This document shows, piece after piece, positions 1-11,149 of a stretch of DNA of 64,000 nucleotides. This DNA is from Podarcis liolepis. Taxonomy: Eukaryota. The notes beneath the pieces are model-generated. The model saw only the letters and a program-made list of their open reading frames with translations. It had not been told where the DNA came from and did no database searches. The stretch is taken from NCBI GenBank assembly GCA_965112155.1, contig OZ218107.1. One strand, 5' to 3'. How positions within the stretch are numbered: the stretch's first letter is position 1; each line of letters starts with the position of its first letter. The translations under genes were made by a program, and so were the position numbers.

Positions 1-724
1 ACATTCAGAAAGAATAGATCATTTGTCTTTATGAACTCAAAATTCTACACCATAAGAACATGACATAGTTGTCTTAGATCTACAGTGGAATCTCGTCCAA
101 TATTTTGTTCCTAAGTGTTTCAGCAGTGCCTTTTGGGAAACCCACAAGTTAGGGGGTGATGGGTGCAGCTATTTAAAGTTGGTCCCCAGTATCTCATATT
201 TGATGGCATACTGCCTCAACATGGATGACCCAGTTAATTTCATGGACATCAAGTGCTAATCTAAAAGCTTTTTAAACTAGTGGTCCTGGTTACATGCTGT
301 GGCAGTGAATTCCTCTTAAGTTTCTGAACTTTCTACCACCTACATTGAATGTTATTCAGCTGTCATTGCTCTCACATGAGTCTACATTAGAAGCTGTCAT
401 AAGGGCTGAAAGTAACATGTCATACAACAAACACTCTGATTCTTGAAAAGCTGGATACCTCACTCAATATCACATTCCACATTTGAATCAAATTGCAAAG
501 TACATACAGCCCTGGGCATGTGGTATGCTTTTTCATTTCTCAGAAACTTGTGTTTTATGAGAGTACTTGTTCGATGGTTGCCACTACCTGGAGAACTAGC
601 TTTGATTGAAATAGGGATTTACGAATCAAATGCTCACCCCAGATTATTTGTATTTGCTTCCTTTTGCTATGTTACACTGCTTTTTCTTCTTGTAGCTACA
701 TGATAATTGTCATGTTTTTTGTAG

Positions 725-796
725 GAACATGATGAACCAATTCTGAAACACTTGAAAGATATTAAAGTGAAGTTTTCAGAGGCTGGGCAGCCTATG
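725..796 (+). CDS. NAP1L1: NAP1L1 internal coding exon (72 nt; EHDEPILKHLKDIKVKFSEAGQPM)
   Basis: ttttgtag acceptor and ATG|gtaagt donor; translation matches the NAP domain of nucleosome assembly protein 1-like 1. The upstream part of the gene lies outside the window. Confidence 0.96.
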
Positions 797-1302
797 GTAA
801 GTTCTTGATGAGAGTACATTGAATATTGAGATACATAAACTCTGCTTCTGTTCAGTACCGTACAGTAATCAACTGTAACACTTGAAAATTTTGCAATCTA
901 TTCTACCCTTGTAGGAGTCATAAACTTTATGGTCCACATGACTTGTTAGCTGAAAATTAGGGTTGAGTTACATACGTAGGATTTTGATACTTAATCATGC
1001 AAAGACTTATCTCTGATTTGCGGCTGAATGTGTGGACTGGCTCCATTTGAAAAGGATATATTATGAATATGGATATGTGAAGATTCCCTAAGAACTTTAT
1101 AAAGATCTGTGTTTCCAGTTGGGCATTGCTAAATGAGAGCTTTACTGAAAATGGGATCCCACCAGTGTAAGTTCCCTGAAAAAATGGGGAACACAAATGA
1201 ATGCCATGCAGAAAATGAAATGTACTTTTACGTGTTTGTTTTGCAAAATTGAAGTATAACAGTTTGGTTATACTTTTGAAGTATAACAAAACATTGTGTA
1301 GA

Positions 1303-1589
1303 CCTGCTTTCCCCACTTGATACCCTCCTGATGTTTTAGACTCCAACTCCTAACCCAGCCAACTCCCTGCTGTCTGAGACTGATGGAAGTTACAGTCACA
1401 GAATCATAGAGTTGGAAGGAACCCTGAAAATTCTCTAGTCCGGCCCCCTGTAGTTCAGGAATATGCAGCCGTCCCTTACGGGGACTGAACCTGCAACCTT
1501 GGCATTATCAGCACCACACTCTGACCAACTGAGCCATTCAGCTGATGTGTCCAAAACATCTGGAGGACATTGAAGGTGTAGAAGGCTGC
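1303..1589. mobile_element. Small palindromic non-autonomous DNA transposon (squamate ccagatgtt...aacatctgg MITE) split by a SINE
   Basis: Arms ccctcctgatgttttagactccaactcc and tccaaaacatctggaggac flank the SINE at 1396-1544; related copies near 6225-6342, 10610-10728, 43015-43151 and 54143-54208. Confidence 0.6.
1396..1544 (-). mobile_element. tRNA-derived SINE with CR1-type 3' tail
   Basis: Minus strand reads a tRNA-like head (gctcagttggtcagagtgtggtgctgataatgccaaggttgcaggttc) then ...ttccaactctatgattctgtga, the CR1 tail repeat; same family at 12751-12950 and 48581-48718. Confidence 0.8.
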
Positions 1590-1760
1590 TCTATCCAATG
1601 TATCCATTTGAGCAAGAAATAGAACTTAAGCAGCACTGTTTGCTCCTTCATTGTACTAAAGTAATTCCATTGTTTTGACATATTGGATAGCTGACCTGCG
1701 GTGCTTAATGATGCATTACTCACTTCTTTCTAACACAGTCTTTCTATATTTTTTAAAAAG

Positions 1761-1900
1761 ACTTTCACATTAGAGTTCCACTTTGAACCCAATGAATATT
1801 TCACAAATGACGTGGTGACAAAAACATACAGAATGAGGTCAGAACCTGATGATTCTGATCCTTTCTCCTTCGATGGACCAGAAATTATGGGTTGCACAGG
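1761..1900 (+). CDS. NAP1L1: NAP1L1 coding exon (140 nt; TFTLEFHFEPNEYFTNDVVTKTYRMRSEPDDSDPFSFDGPEIMGCTG)
   Basis: aaaag acceptor, GG|gtaagt donor; phase agrees with neighbouring exons; NAP1 motif FHFEPNEYFTN. Confidence 0.96.
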
Positions 1901-3758
1901 GTAAGTGTGATGTTCTCTTAAAATAAGTGGTTGACAGTCTTCCATAACATGAGACTGGCCCAGTTTGCATGTAATTCTAAGCCAAACTCTTTGCAGGCGC
2001 CTCAAAAGGGGATAGCAGCCCAGTCATTTAGCGACTATGCTGAGCCAAGCTGTGGTTTTGCTTAGCATCCTGTTCAAATTCACATTCATAGTTTAGCTCT
2101 CTCCAGGCAAACCAAGAGCTATAACCAAAGTTTACCTGCTTGGTTTACCGGCACGTCTGCAAATGAGGACAAAATCTGTAATATATTGTAAGAATATGTA
2201 CAAGTAAACTATGACAATCCAGTAAATTAAAAAAGTGAGGCAAAGAAAAACAAAGAGTAACATAAATTCCACTAATAGCAGCTGCTATTAAGTTCTCAAG
2301 TAAAAGAAGAGTTTTTTTAGCTGTCAACCTAAAGGCTAGCAAGTAGGTGCCTGGCAAATAAACAGAGTTTTAATAGGCAATGTTCTATCACATGAAAAGA
2401 ACTTTCACTTGTTGTTACCCACCTTGCCCCTGAAGGTGGGGGCACCCAAACCAGGGCCTCTGTTGAAGTCAGTATGGGTGTTTATGAATGTGTGCCTGCT
2501 TACTTCACAATGTAAATTTGCTTTAGTACAATAGATCATATTTTAATGGACACAAAATGTTTTAACTTGTGAGTGATATACCCCTTACTGTAAAGAGAGA
2601 GAGATAAGATAGATATAAATTATATGTGCATGCTCTACACCCAGCAATCGCAGTGCAGAAAATTACAAACATTTAAACCTGATACAAACCATTTAAATTC
2701 ACAGATATTTCCTGACTCTTACTCATGACCAAAGTCCAGCCCATATTTAAGGCATTGCAATATTCACTATTACATTTTAATTTGCAATTTTATCTCTCCT
2801 AACCTCTAGGAACATTAATGCCTTGCCTATATGCTGAATTCCTTGTGTAATATGCATGCTGGAAAGGTTGCTGGGGGTTTAGCTTGAGATTGCTCACTTT
2901 TTGATTTAGGGCCTTGTGCGTTGCTTTGAAGTCAGGTTCTTCTGATCCTGGTATTTGAACCAGAGTTATGAACCTAGTTTCTGGTAGTTGAATGGTGCTT
3001 GTTATCCTGCCTGTGCATGATCATCACGAGTGCCTAGATACTAATCCACCCAGCTTTGTCTTGCCAGCCTAAAGACAAAGTAACTTGTATTGCAACATGT
3101 TCAAAGGAAGTTACTTAAAAACATCTGGATGTTCCAAGATGGTTACTTTAAAACATCCAGACCTTCTCTGCATAGGCAGAGGAATTCCCCACCCCCACCC
3201 CCAGCATGTTCAGCATTACTTGAAGTAATTAGTGGCAGAGTTTCAAAGTGATGGTAACACCTTTGATACTACAGTGCTGCCTACAATACACTTGAGAGGC
3301 TTTATGGAGAAGATTCAAATAGGGGGTTTAAGGGCAAGGACAGCCTATTGGAGGACTGAATGTCCTGGAACAAGAGAGACCCTGCAGCCTTTCAGCTTAG
3401 ATGTATTGCAGGTGGGATATGTGTTGAAATACTGTATGATGAGAGAACTCATTTTCAAACTACGTATTTTGCGGTTTTATGACCCCTCCCCCTGTGAACC
3501 GCCCTGAGACCTGCAGGTATAGGGCGGTATATAAATTCAATAAATATTAATACTGTTAAGAGGGAAAGAAAAATGTAATTGATTCATTTAATTCAGGTGT
3601 TACTTTCTTCCTCATACTAGACGGCTCTGGGAAAAATAGCATGAGAACAGGCCTGACACTGGCTTGTTATTCAATTGGACTCCAACCCAACAAGTACTTA
3701 ACTAGCTGAAATACTTACATAAGGATATCATTGATTTATTAATTTAATTTTCTCATAG

Positions 3759-3904
3759 GTGCCAAATAGATTGGAAAAAGGGAAAAAATGTTACTTTGAA
3801 AACTATCAAAAAGAAGCAGAAGCACAAGGGGCGTGGAACAGTTAGAACAGTGACGAAAACAGTTTCCAACGATTCTTTCTTCAATTTTTTCAGTCCTCCT
3901 GAAG
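3759..3904 (+). CDS. NAP1L1: NAP1L1 coding exon (146 nt; CQIDWKKGKNVTLKTIKKKQKHKGRGTVRTVTKTVSNDSFFNFFSPPE)
   Basis: tctcatag acceptor, G|gtaaat donor; contains the basic NLS-like stretch and the SFFNFF NAP signature. Confidence 0.97.
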
Positions 3905-4004
3905 GTAAATGGTTTCTGATGTTTTTTTTATTACAGTAAAATCTGAATATTGTGGATTTTTAAATATAAGTATAATCCTATATCTTACTACTTTTCCTTT
4001 GCAG

Positions 4005-4024
4005 TTCCTGAAAGTGGAGACTTG
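4005..4024 (+). CDS. NAP1L1: NAP1L1 20-nt micro-exon (VPESGDL)
   Basis: ttttcctttgcag acceptor and TTG|gtaagt donor; restores phase between the flanking exons. Confidence 0.93.
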
Positions 4025-4383
4025 GTAAGTCCCTCTAGTTTAATTTCCTAATAAATATAACTTGGAGAATATTTAAGATAAAAGCAGTAGCAAGAGATAA
4101 ATTTTAGGCTTCTTCAAGATAATTTGAAGTGATTTAAGCAGTATTTCAAGTTTTCAAACCCAAATTAAATGTGTTATTTTTTGTGACTGAAATTGAGAAT
4201 TCAGCACTCAGTCAGGGCACAAATAAAGATTTTTTTTTTTTTTGAGATAATGAATTAATTTTGCAATCTGTTATAAATAATCGGGGAGAATATGGCTTTA
4301 GACAAATTTTGTGTCATAGAATGGTATCATTTCCCCCCCTAAATGCAAAGTCCTAAAGCTTTGAATTCCTATTACCTGTACAG

Positions 4384-4506
4384 GATGATGATGCTGAAGC
4401 AATTCTGGCAGCTGATTTTGAAATCGGTCACTTTCTACGGGAGCGCATAGTTCCACGATCAGTATTGTATTTCACAGGAGAAGCCATTGAGGATGATGAT
4501 GATGAT
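4384..4506 (+). CDS. NAP1L1: NAP1L1 coding exon (123 nt; DDDAEAILAADFEIGHFLRERIVPRSVLYFTGEAIEDDDDD)
   Basis: tacag acceptor, GAT|gtaagt donor; DFEIGHFLRERIVPRSVLYFTGEA motif. Confidence 0.97.
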
Positions 4507-5048
4507 GTAAGTGGTGCTTGTTTTCAGCTGTGCCAAAATTACTTTGGAACAGTAGCTGTACCCCAGGGCTTAAACGGAGCTATAACTTACCACACAGACT
4601 TCATTAATTATAATAGAATTAGACATAGATGAAAGTGCATGTTACATTACGGTGCTAGATTGTACGGTTACATATAGGGCTGAATTTCAGGCTGGGTGCT
4701 TTATGTTCTTCATGCAAGAGCTTGTTTTTAGAACACGTAAAGTACGAATTGGGATACAATCAGAATGAGTTTCCCCCCTAAGCAGGCGCAATAATTAGAT
4801 GTCAAAGCAATTTGGGTTTAGAGTGCAGATTTTGTTTTCATGCTAAGGTTTAAGTGTATGTAGAATTGTGGCATTAATTGGGTTTTTGCTAAAAGTTCCC
4901 ATGCTTTGCAAAGTGCTCCTGTGCAATGTAAATTAACATTGTATGTCTGGAAATAACTGCAACTCAAAAACTCTAATTTGCAGAGTAATGTCCTTAAAGT
5001 ATTACTGTCCTCTTATCTTAATTTTTGTCTCCCTCCTTCTCCCCCCAG

Positions 5049-5081
5049 TATGACGAAGAGGGTGAGGAGGCCGATGATGAG
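5049..5081 (+). CDS. NAP1L1: NAP1L1 coding exon (33 nt; YDEEGEEADDE)
   Basis: Long pyrimidine tract plus cag acceptor, GAG|gtgagt donor; acidic C-terminal domain. Confidence 0.94.
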
Positions 5082-5220
5082 GTGAGTTTCATGGTGGCTT
5101 AACTGGTTTCAGTAGTTAAAACGTAGCACAAAGGTGCTTACGAATCCTGGAATGTCAGACTCTCAGCTTTGCTCTTTATGACGTCAAGTGCGCATTCAAT
5201 GTATGTCCTGTATATTTCAG

Positions 5221-5271
5221 GAAGGGGAAGAAGAAGCGGATGAGGAAAATGATCCAGATTATGACCCCAAG
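5221..5271 (+). CDS. NAP1L1: NAP1L1 coding exon (51 nt; EGEEEADEENDPDYDPK)
   Basis: tttcag acceptor, AAG|gtcagt donor; acidic tail. Confidence 0.94.
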
Positions 5272-5389
5272 GTCAGTAATTGATGCATATGACCTTTGTA
5301 AATCATTTCCCTCCAATAAAGTTATCAAAGTCCTGTAGCACAGCTGTGGTCTTCACACTGATATGTTGGTGTGTTTTTTCTTCCAACAG

Positions 5390-5425
5390 AAGGATCAAAA
5401 CCCAGCAGAATGCAAGCAGCAGTGA
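5390..5425 (+). CDS. NAP1L1: NAP1L1 last coding exon (KDQNPAECKQQ*), ending in CaaX motif
   Basis: ttttcttccaacag acceptor (NAGNAG cag/aag); TGA at 5423-5425; C-terminal CKQQ typical of NAP1L1. Confidence 0.95.
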   Translation, partial: KDQNPAECKQQ

Positions 5426-5921
5426 AACTGTGTATGTGGCCTTGAGGATTATCTGCACTGTAATAGCCTAAACACAACTATTAGTTACTTACAGCCTTAT
5501 GTTTTGTATCTTGGTAGAATTAAGTAAACAATTTGTTAAAACAAACTGACAGAACCAGTTTAAAATGTAGGTTCCTTGTACCTAGCATTTTAATAGTACT
5601 TTTCTGCCAAAATGTAGAATGCAGTAAATCCCTAAAGCATGAATAGTTAATTCATTGCTATATATAGTTTGGTTCTTGTGAAGTCTGTTGTCATGTAGCT
5701 ATTAGACTGCAGCTGTGAAGATACCAGAACTGTTGACGGAGACCAGTCTTTGCCTCCTTTCCTGAAGAACCAACCAAATCTGTCAATTTCCATCAAGACC
5801 ACATTGGACGTTCATAACTGTCTGCTTGTTTATGCTCTAGGTTTTTGTATTTTGTGATGGTGACCTACAGGAAAAAAAAAACTAGAGACATCATATTAAG
5901 GTTGTTTACCACTGGGGTGTG

Positions 5922-5927
5922 AATAAA
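5922..5927 (+). terminator. NAP1L1: Candidate NAP1L1 polyadenylation signal AATAAA
   Basis: AATAAA ~500 nt after the stop codon, followed by a GT-rich element (ttagttgtgtgcctgtgt). Confidence 0.6.
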
Positions 5928-7018
5928 CCTAGTATTTTCAGAAATTAGTTGTGTGCCTGTGTACATTTAAAAAAAGAAAAAAAAATCTTACAAGCATATC
6001 ACTAGGATGTTTTTGCTGAACAGGACCAGCCCCCGAGGGTTATGTGCACAAGCACCATTGAAATGCCTTCAGGGTTGTACTCCTGCACAGGTTTGTTTCA
6101 GTAGGCTTGCATAAACTATCTCAAAGGACTTTTGCACTACAACTGTAGCACTTTCCTGCCTAGAAACTTTGAAGCTCCAGTAATAATATAACTTTTTAAC
6201 TGCCTTATCCCCTTAAAAGTAGGACAGGAGAACCTCTGACCATCCATGTTTTTGGACTCCTATCCCAACCAGCATGATCAGTGGTCAAGAATGATGGGAA
6301 TCGCAGTTGAACATCTGGAAGGCTATAGGTTCCCCATTCCCAGTTTGTTCAAATAAGGTTATAGGATTAGGTACTTCTTTGACATGTTTCACAGAGGCTG
6401 GGCGTCTTCAATTACTGCTTTAAGATGGTCTTTACTTGTAGCTGATTTGAGATTCATCCTATCTCCAGTGTGCTCCAGACAACAAAAAAGAATAAATTTT
6501 GTATGCCCAGTTTTGAGTTAAGCTGGTGATTGTCTGACAAACTTCTCAGCTGTAAACTACTAACTACTTTATCAGAACATCCACCTGGAAGTTTAGCCAA
6601 TTTAGGTATGCCATTTGCTTTTTCCTTCACTACTTCCTTATATTCCATCTGGATATGCGTTGGGGAGAAGTAAACTATCACAACCCAAAGAAATAAACTT
6701 TCAGTCAGCTTGAAACTTTCCCAACTTTACAATTTGTCCAGGACTACTACTTTTTTTAGAAGTAGTGTGTCAAAACTATTCAGACTCAGGATAATTGGGC
6801 AAACTCAGAGATGCAGAGTTTTGGTGAATGCTCTGAGGCTATTGATGCCCCACTTTCTATTGTAATTCTAGTGCCACCTGAAAAGATGCTTCTGAAAGAT
6901 GGAAAAACACTTTTGCCTGGCACCTGATAAAGCATGAGGAACCACAGTCAGGAGAAACTGAATAGGCATCCTAAGCCTTACAACAGAATTCTTTCTGCAA
7001 AACAAGGATATATTTAGC

Positions 7019-7232
7019 CAGGGCCAGCCCACCTATGAGGCAAGATGAAGCAACTGCTTCAGGCAGCAGGGTCCACAGGGGCAGCAGATCCTGATATTGA
7101 ACTTTCTCTCGTCCCTTCTCCCCCACCCCACCTTCCTGATGTAGATCTTTACTCACCCCTTCTTCACCGGCAGGGAGGGAGCCACCATTTTGCAGTTTGC
7201 TTCAGGTGCCAAAATGTCTTGGGCCAGCCCTG
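7019..7232. mobile_element. hAT-type MITE
   Basis: Ends CAGGGCCAGCCCA / TGGGCCAGCCCTG; 8-bp TSD tatttagc / tctttagt. Confidence 0.7.
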
Positions 7233-8429
7233 TCTTTAGTACATGGCAGGGTTTTTCACACCAATACCACAATTGCCGGAACAAGTTATATTTCACCACT
7301 TAAGGAACAAATGTATTTTCATACTACATACATATATTAACCCCCCACTGCTGAATATATATCGTTTCCTGTTTATTGGGAGGCCTACTCTTAATACAAG
7401 AATTCCAGAAATAGACCTTGGGCTCCCAAGAAGAAATGCAGCATAAAGAACAGTGGGTGCAGGAGCCAAACTCTTAAAAGCAAGAAAACCCCAACAAAAA
7501 GCTCCCAACTATATATTGCCCTTCGTTGGTGGGGGGGGGGGGAGTATGTGTGAAGCAAACAAGCATGGGGGGCGGGGATTCCGCAAAGGCTCTGTACAGT
7601 TTGTGTGTGGAAAAGATTGAAACATTGCTTATTCAAAGGCAGTAGCTTCACTGTTTAGATGAGTTTTAGATTCTTATTAGAGAGCATATTGATCCTGTGT
7701 CAAAGCAGATTCAGTGGAAGAAACGAGTCTCAGAACCTGCAGCTTCCTTAGAAATGCTACCTCTTTTAGAGGAGGGTGGGAGGTGCCTTCTGTTAGTACT
7801 CCCTCAAGTACCAGCTGTGAACCCAATAGCTAAATAACTTTCAGCTGGTTACAGGGTGGCTGCTGGGGTGGTCTGATGCAGTGCAACAGATTGTAGGCAC
7901 AAGTTCAACTGCAGTCACTGAAAAGGCTCTTAACTGAACAAATTCAGTTTTAACTCCATGTAGCAGGATTCATCAAGGCTCCATTCCCTGTACATCTGAC
8001 CCAAGGTAAATATGTTCCAGTAACATGTTCTGTTTGTGTATTTCTGGTAGCTCTGCTTTTCCACAAGGAACAAATTTGGCAAGTTTGTAGGAAAGGATAA
8101 AGACAGTCAGCCAACGCCTTTAAAATTACAGTTCGTTTTAAGTTCAGCATTTCCCAACCCTAGTTTTGCAACTTCCATGCACGTTGAGTTGCTTTTAAAG
8201 GAATTTATTTTTCACAGAGTAATATGAGCAATTACATTTTGCAACATTCCTAACGGATGAAATATTTCAAGTGTGACATTTAAGAATGTTTTGTACATAC
8301 CGCTCGTATTTGACCACTGACAATGAGCCCACCTTTGGGTTACCTGACAAGTGAATGGAAAGTGCAGTAAGTATCACACTTTGCATACTACTGAAGCAGG
8401 GGCTTTTACAGGATCCTAGAGATGGTTAG

Positions 8430-8778
8430 GGGTGCGGGTGGCGCTGTGGTCTAGACTGCGGAGCCTAGGGCTTGCCACTCAGAAGGTCGGCGGTTCAAAT
8501 CCCCGCGACAGGGTGAGCTCCCGTTGTTCAGTTCCTGCTCCTGCCAACTTAGCAGTTCAAAAGCACGTCAAAGTGCAAGTAGATAAATAGGTACCACTCC
8601 AGTGGGAAGATAAACGGCATTTTCGTGCAGTGCTCTGGTTCGCCAGAAGCAGCTTAGTCATGCTGGCCACATGACCTAGAAGCTGTACGCCGGCTTCTTT
8701 GGCCAATAAAGCAAGATGAGCGCCGCAACCCCAGAGTTGGTCACGACTGGACCTAATGGTCAGGGGTCCCTTTACCTT
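8430..8778 (+). mobile_element. Sauria SINE (POM-type), full length
   Basis: GGGTGCGGGTGGCGCTGTGG head, B-box ggttcaaatcc, core gtgcaagtagataaataggtac, (ACCTTT)n tail; 13-bp TSD tagagatggttag (8417-8429) / tagagattgttag (8779-8791). Confidence 0.92.
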
Positions 8779-10371
8779 TAGAGATTGTTAGAGTTTGTTG
8801 GTGCTATGTTTAGTTTTCAGACAAGTGGCTGTATTTGCTGCAGGAAAAACAGCTAAATTATGTTCCTCTTTGAAAAGTAAATTATTTTAGCATAAGCCTT
8901 CATTGGCCAAAGGGTTATATATATGTACATTGAGTACAGAAGACTTTTGGGGAGGTGGAGGGGAAACACTTTTACTACAGCAGACTCAACAGGTCAAGTG
9001 AGAGCTATAGGTGTACCACATTTTATGTTGAGCATAAACACAAAATTTAGTTTGACACTAGAGGGCGTCTGTGTGCTACAGTATCCAAGGCCAAATTACT
9101 TAAGGCTTGCTGCTTGTTTTGGTAATGCACCTGATACAAAGATGCCGACAAAGCTGATTGAACTATGGTTTTTGAAAGTGCTAATTAGCAGAACTTAAAT
9201 GTAAAGGGACCCCTGACTGTTAGGTCCAGTCACACAAATTCAAATAATGAGGTATCCGTGTGTCTAAACATCATTTATTTCCATTATCATGGAGCCTGAA
9301 CATAATCTTTGGAATATATGCTATGCTCATGGATGCGTTGAATTTTAAAATGGTATTGAATAAGTATCCCTACCAAATGTATTCTGTTTGTATGAATGTT
9401 AAGACATTTTATATAGGACTGCCATGGTAGCTAGAGCGGTGCTGTTTCCTAATACAGGAAGAATTCATTATGTTAAACCTGCATATCATAAAGCCTTCCC
9501 CCACAGAGGAAATCTAAATAAACGTTGATAGCTTGGAGTGGCAGAATGCTAATACATGCATTCAGAAGTGTATGAGGGAGTTGACACCCATTTTTGCAGC
9601 CAGATGTTGCTGCTGAACTCTGCTACAAGTAATAGAAACAAGGCTATGTAAGATAAGCAGAACAGTAAAAATGGAGGCTGACGTAAGATGCCAGAGGAAA
9701 AGGGGATTTAACCACGCTTTAAGATCCGTGGACTAAAATGAGAAATGGGAGTGGAAAGAAAGGGTAAGCTATGAAATGGGCAGAGAGGGAGAGGGTAAAT
9801 TTGAGCGGGCTTTACAATTTTAACTAAAAAGCTTTGCTGCTTATAAACAATGTAGGCTCTCAAGTCATAAAAAGGGTCTGCAAAGGGATTTGATGCATTT
9901 GGAAACCCTGGTATATTTTTAAGAAGGCATTATGAACTAGCTTCCCTTCCTTCACTAGCAAGGATTGTGCTGTAGCTTCCTTCAACATATATTTTAGAGC
10001 TATTTTAGCGAAGGTATTTATAGAGAGGCTTCAGAAAGCATGAGTTGCACTCGGGGTGTTTTGATCCAAGTCTCAGCTGCTGTGTTCACATGATTACGTA
10101 GATTTGTACACTTCCTTGACCGTTGACAGATATAACTTGGGTGCAAGCAACAATTCTGTTTGTTTTTCTTCTGTATTTTTTCAGTCACAAAGTGCTGGCT
10201 TGTATCCGATTCTTTCTTTTATTTTCCTGTTGTCAGTCTATCACTTGGTACAAAGTAGATGAATGCAGCCTTCCTCTGAAATAGATTCAGAAGAATCTTG
10301 ACTACTTCCACTGTCTTTGAGTCCCTGAAAAAGATACCTCTAAAAGGCTTTCTCCAGCACTCCTGCTAAAA

Positions 10372-10597
10372 CAGGGGTCAGCAACCTTTTTCAGCTGTGG
10401 GCCGGTCCACCGCCCCTCAGACCATGTGGTAGGCCAGACTATATTTGGGGGGGACGACCCAAAACGAATTCCTATTCCCCACAAATAACTCAGAGATGCA
10501 TTTTAAATAAAAGGGCACATTCTACTCATGTAAAAACACATTCCTGAGAAGGCGATTGGGCTGCATCCGGCCCACGGGCCTTAGGTGGCCTACCCTG
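10372..10597. mobile_element. hAT-Charlie-like MITE
   Basis: Ends CAGGGGTCAGCAACC / GGTGGCCTACCCTG; 8-bp TSD tgctaaaa / agctaaaa. Confidence 0.8.
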
Positions 10598-11149
10598 AGC
10601 TAAAACAACTCAAACTCTTACAATTTGGAGCAGTGCCTATAATCCCTGGCCATTAGCCACGGTGGCTGTGAGCTGATGGGAGTTGGACTCCTCCAGCATC
10701 TAGAGGGCTGTAGGTTCCCCATACCCAGTTTAGATCACAATAAGTTGGTGTGTATCTTGGGTCCCCACTCGTGCCCTCAGCGTCAACCCCCCTGCCTACT
10801 AAGCCCTCCCTGCCCTTCTCATTTTTTTACTTCAAAGTGAGGAGTTTGGGTGCTTTGTTTTGTTAGGAGGTTGCCTGCTTCACTGTATGTATTGTTTGGG
10901 GAAGGTGTATGTTGCCTGTTTTATTGGGGACAAGTGTCTGAGCATCACTCATTTGTCTGTGCAAAAAGCCTTTCATTGATTTTCAAATGTCTCCTAAAAG
11001 ATTGGGGGTCTGCAATGTGGGCTCTCACTTGCTAGCCAAGGTAGGCTGTACAGTTTGCCTTAGAAGAAAGGATGGTGTTATTTGGTGATCCTATGAGAAG
11101 GTGCATTGGATAGTGACTATGACACTCCTCTATATCTTCAGTCCTGAGA

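Noticed and set aside
797-5048. Intronic snoRNA in NAP1L1 (the paralog NAP1L4 hosts one)
   Set aside because: No convincing C/D box pair with terminal stem or H/ACA two-hairpin layout seen by eye; an Infernal/Rfam scan would be needed to exclude it.
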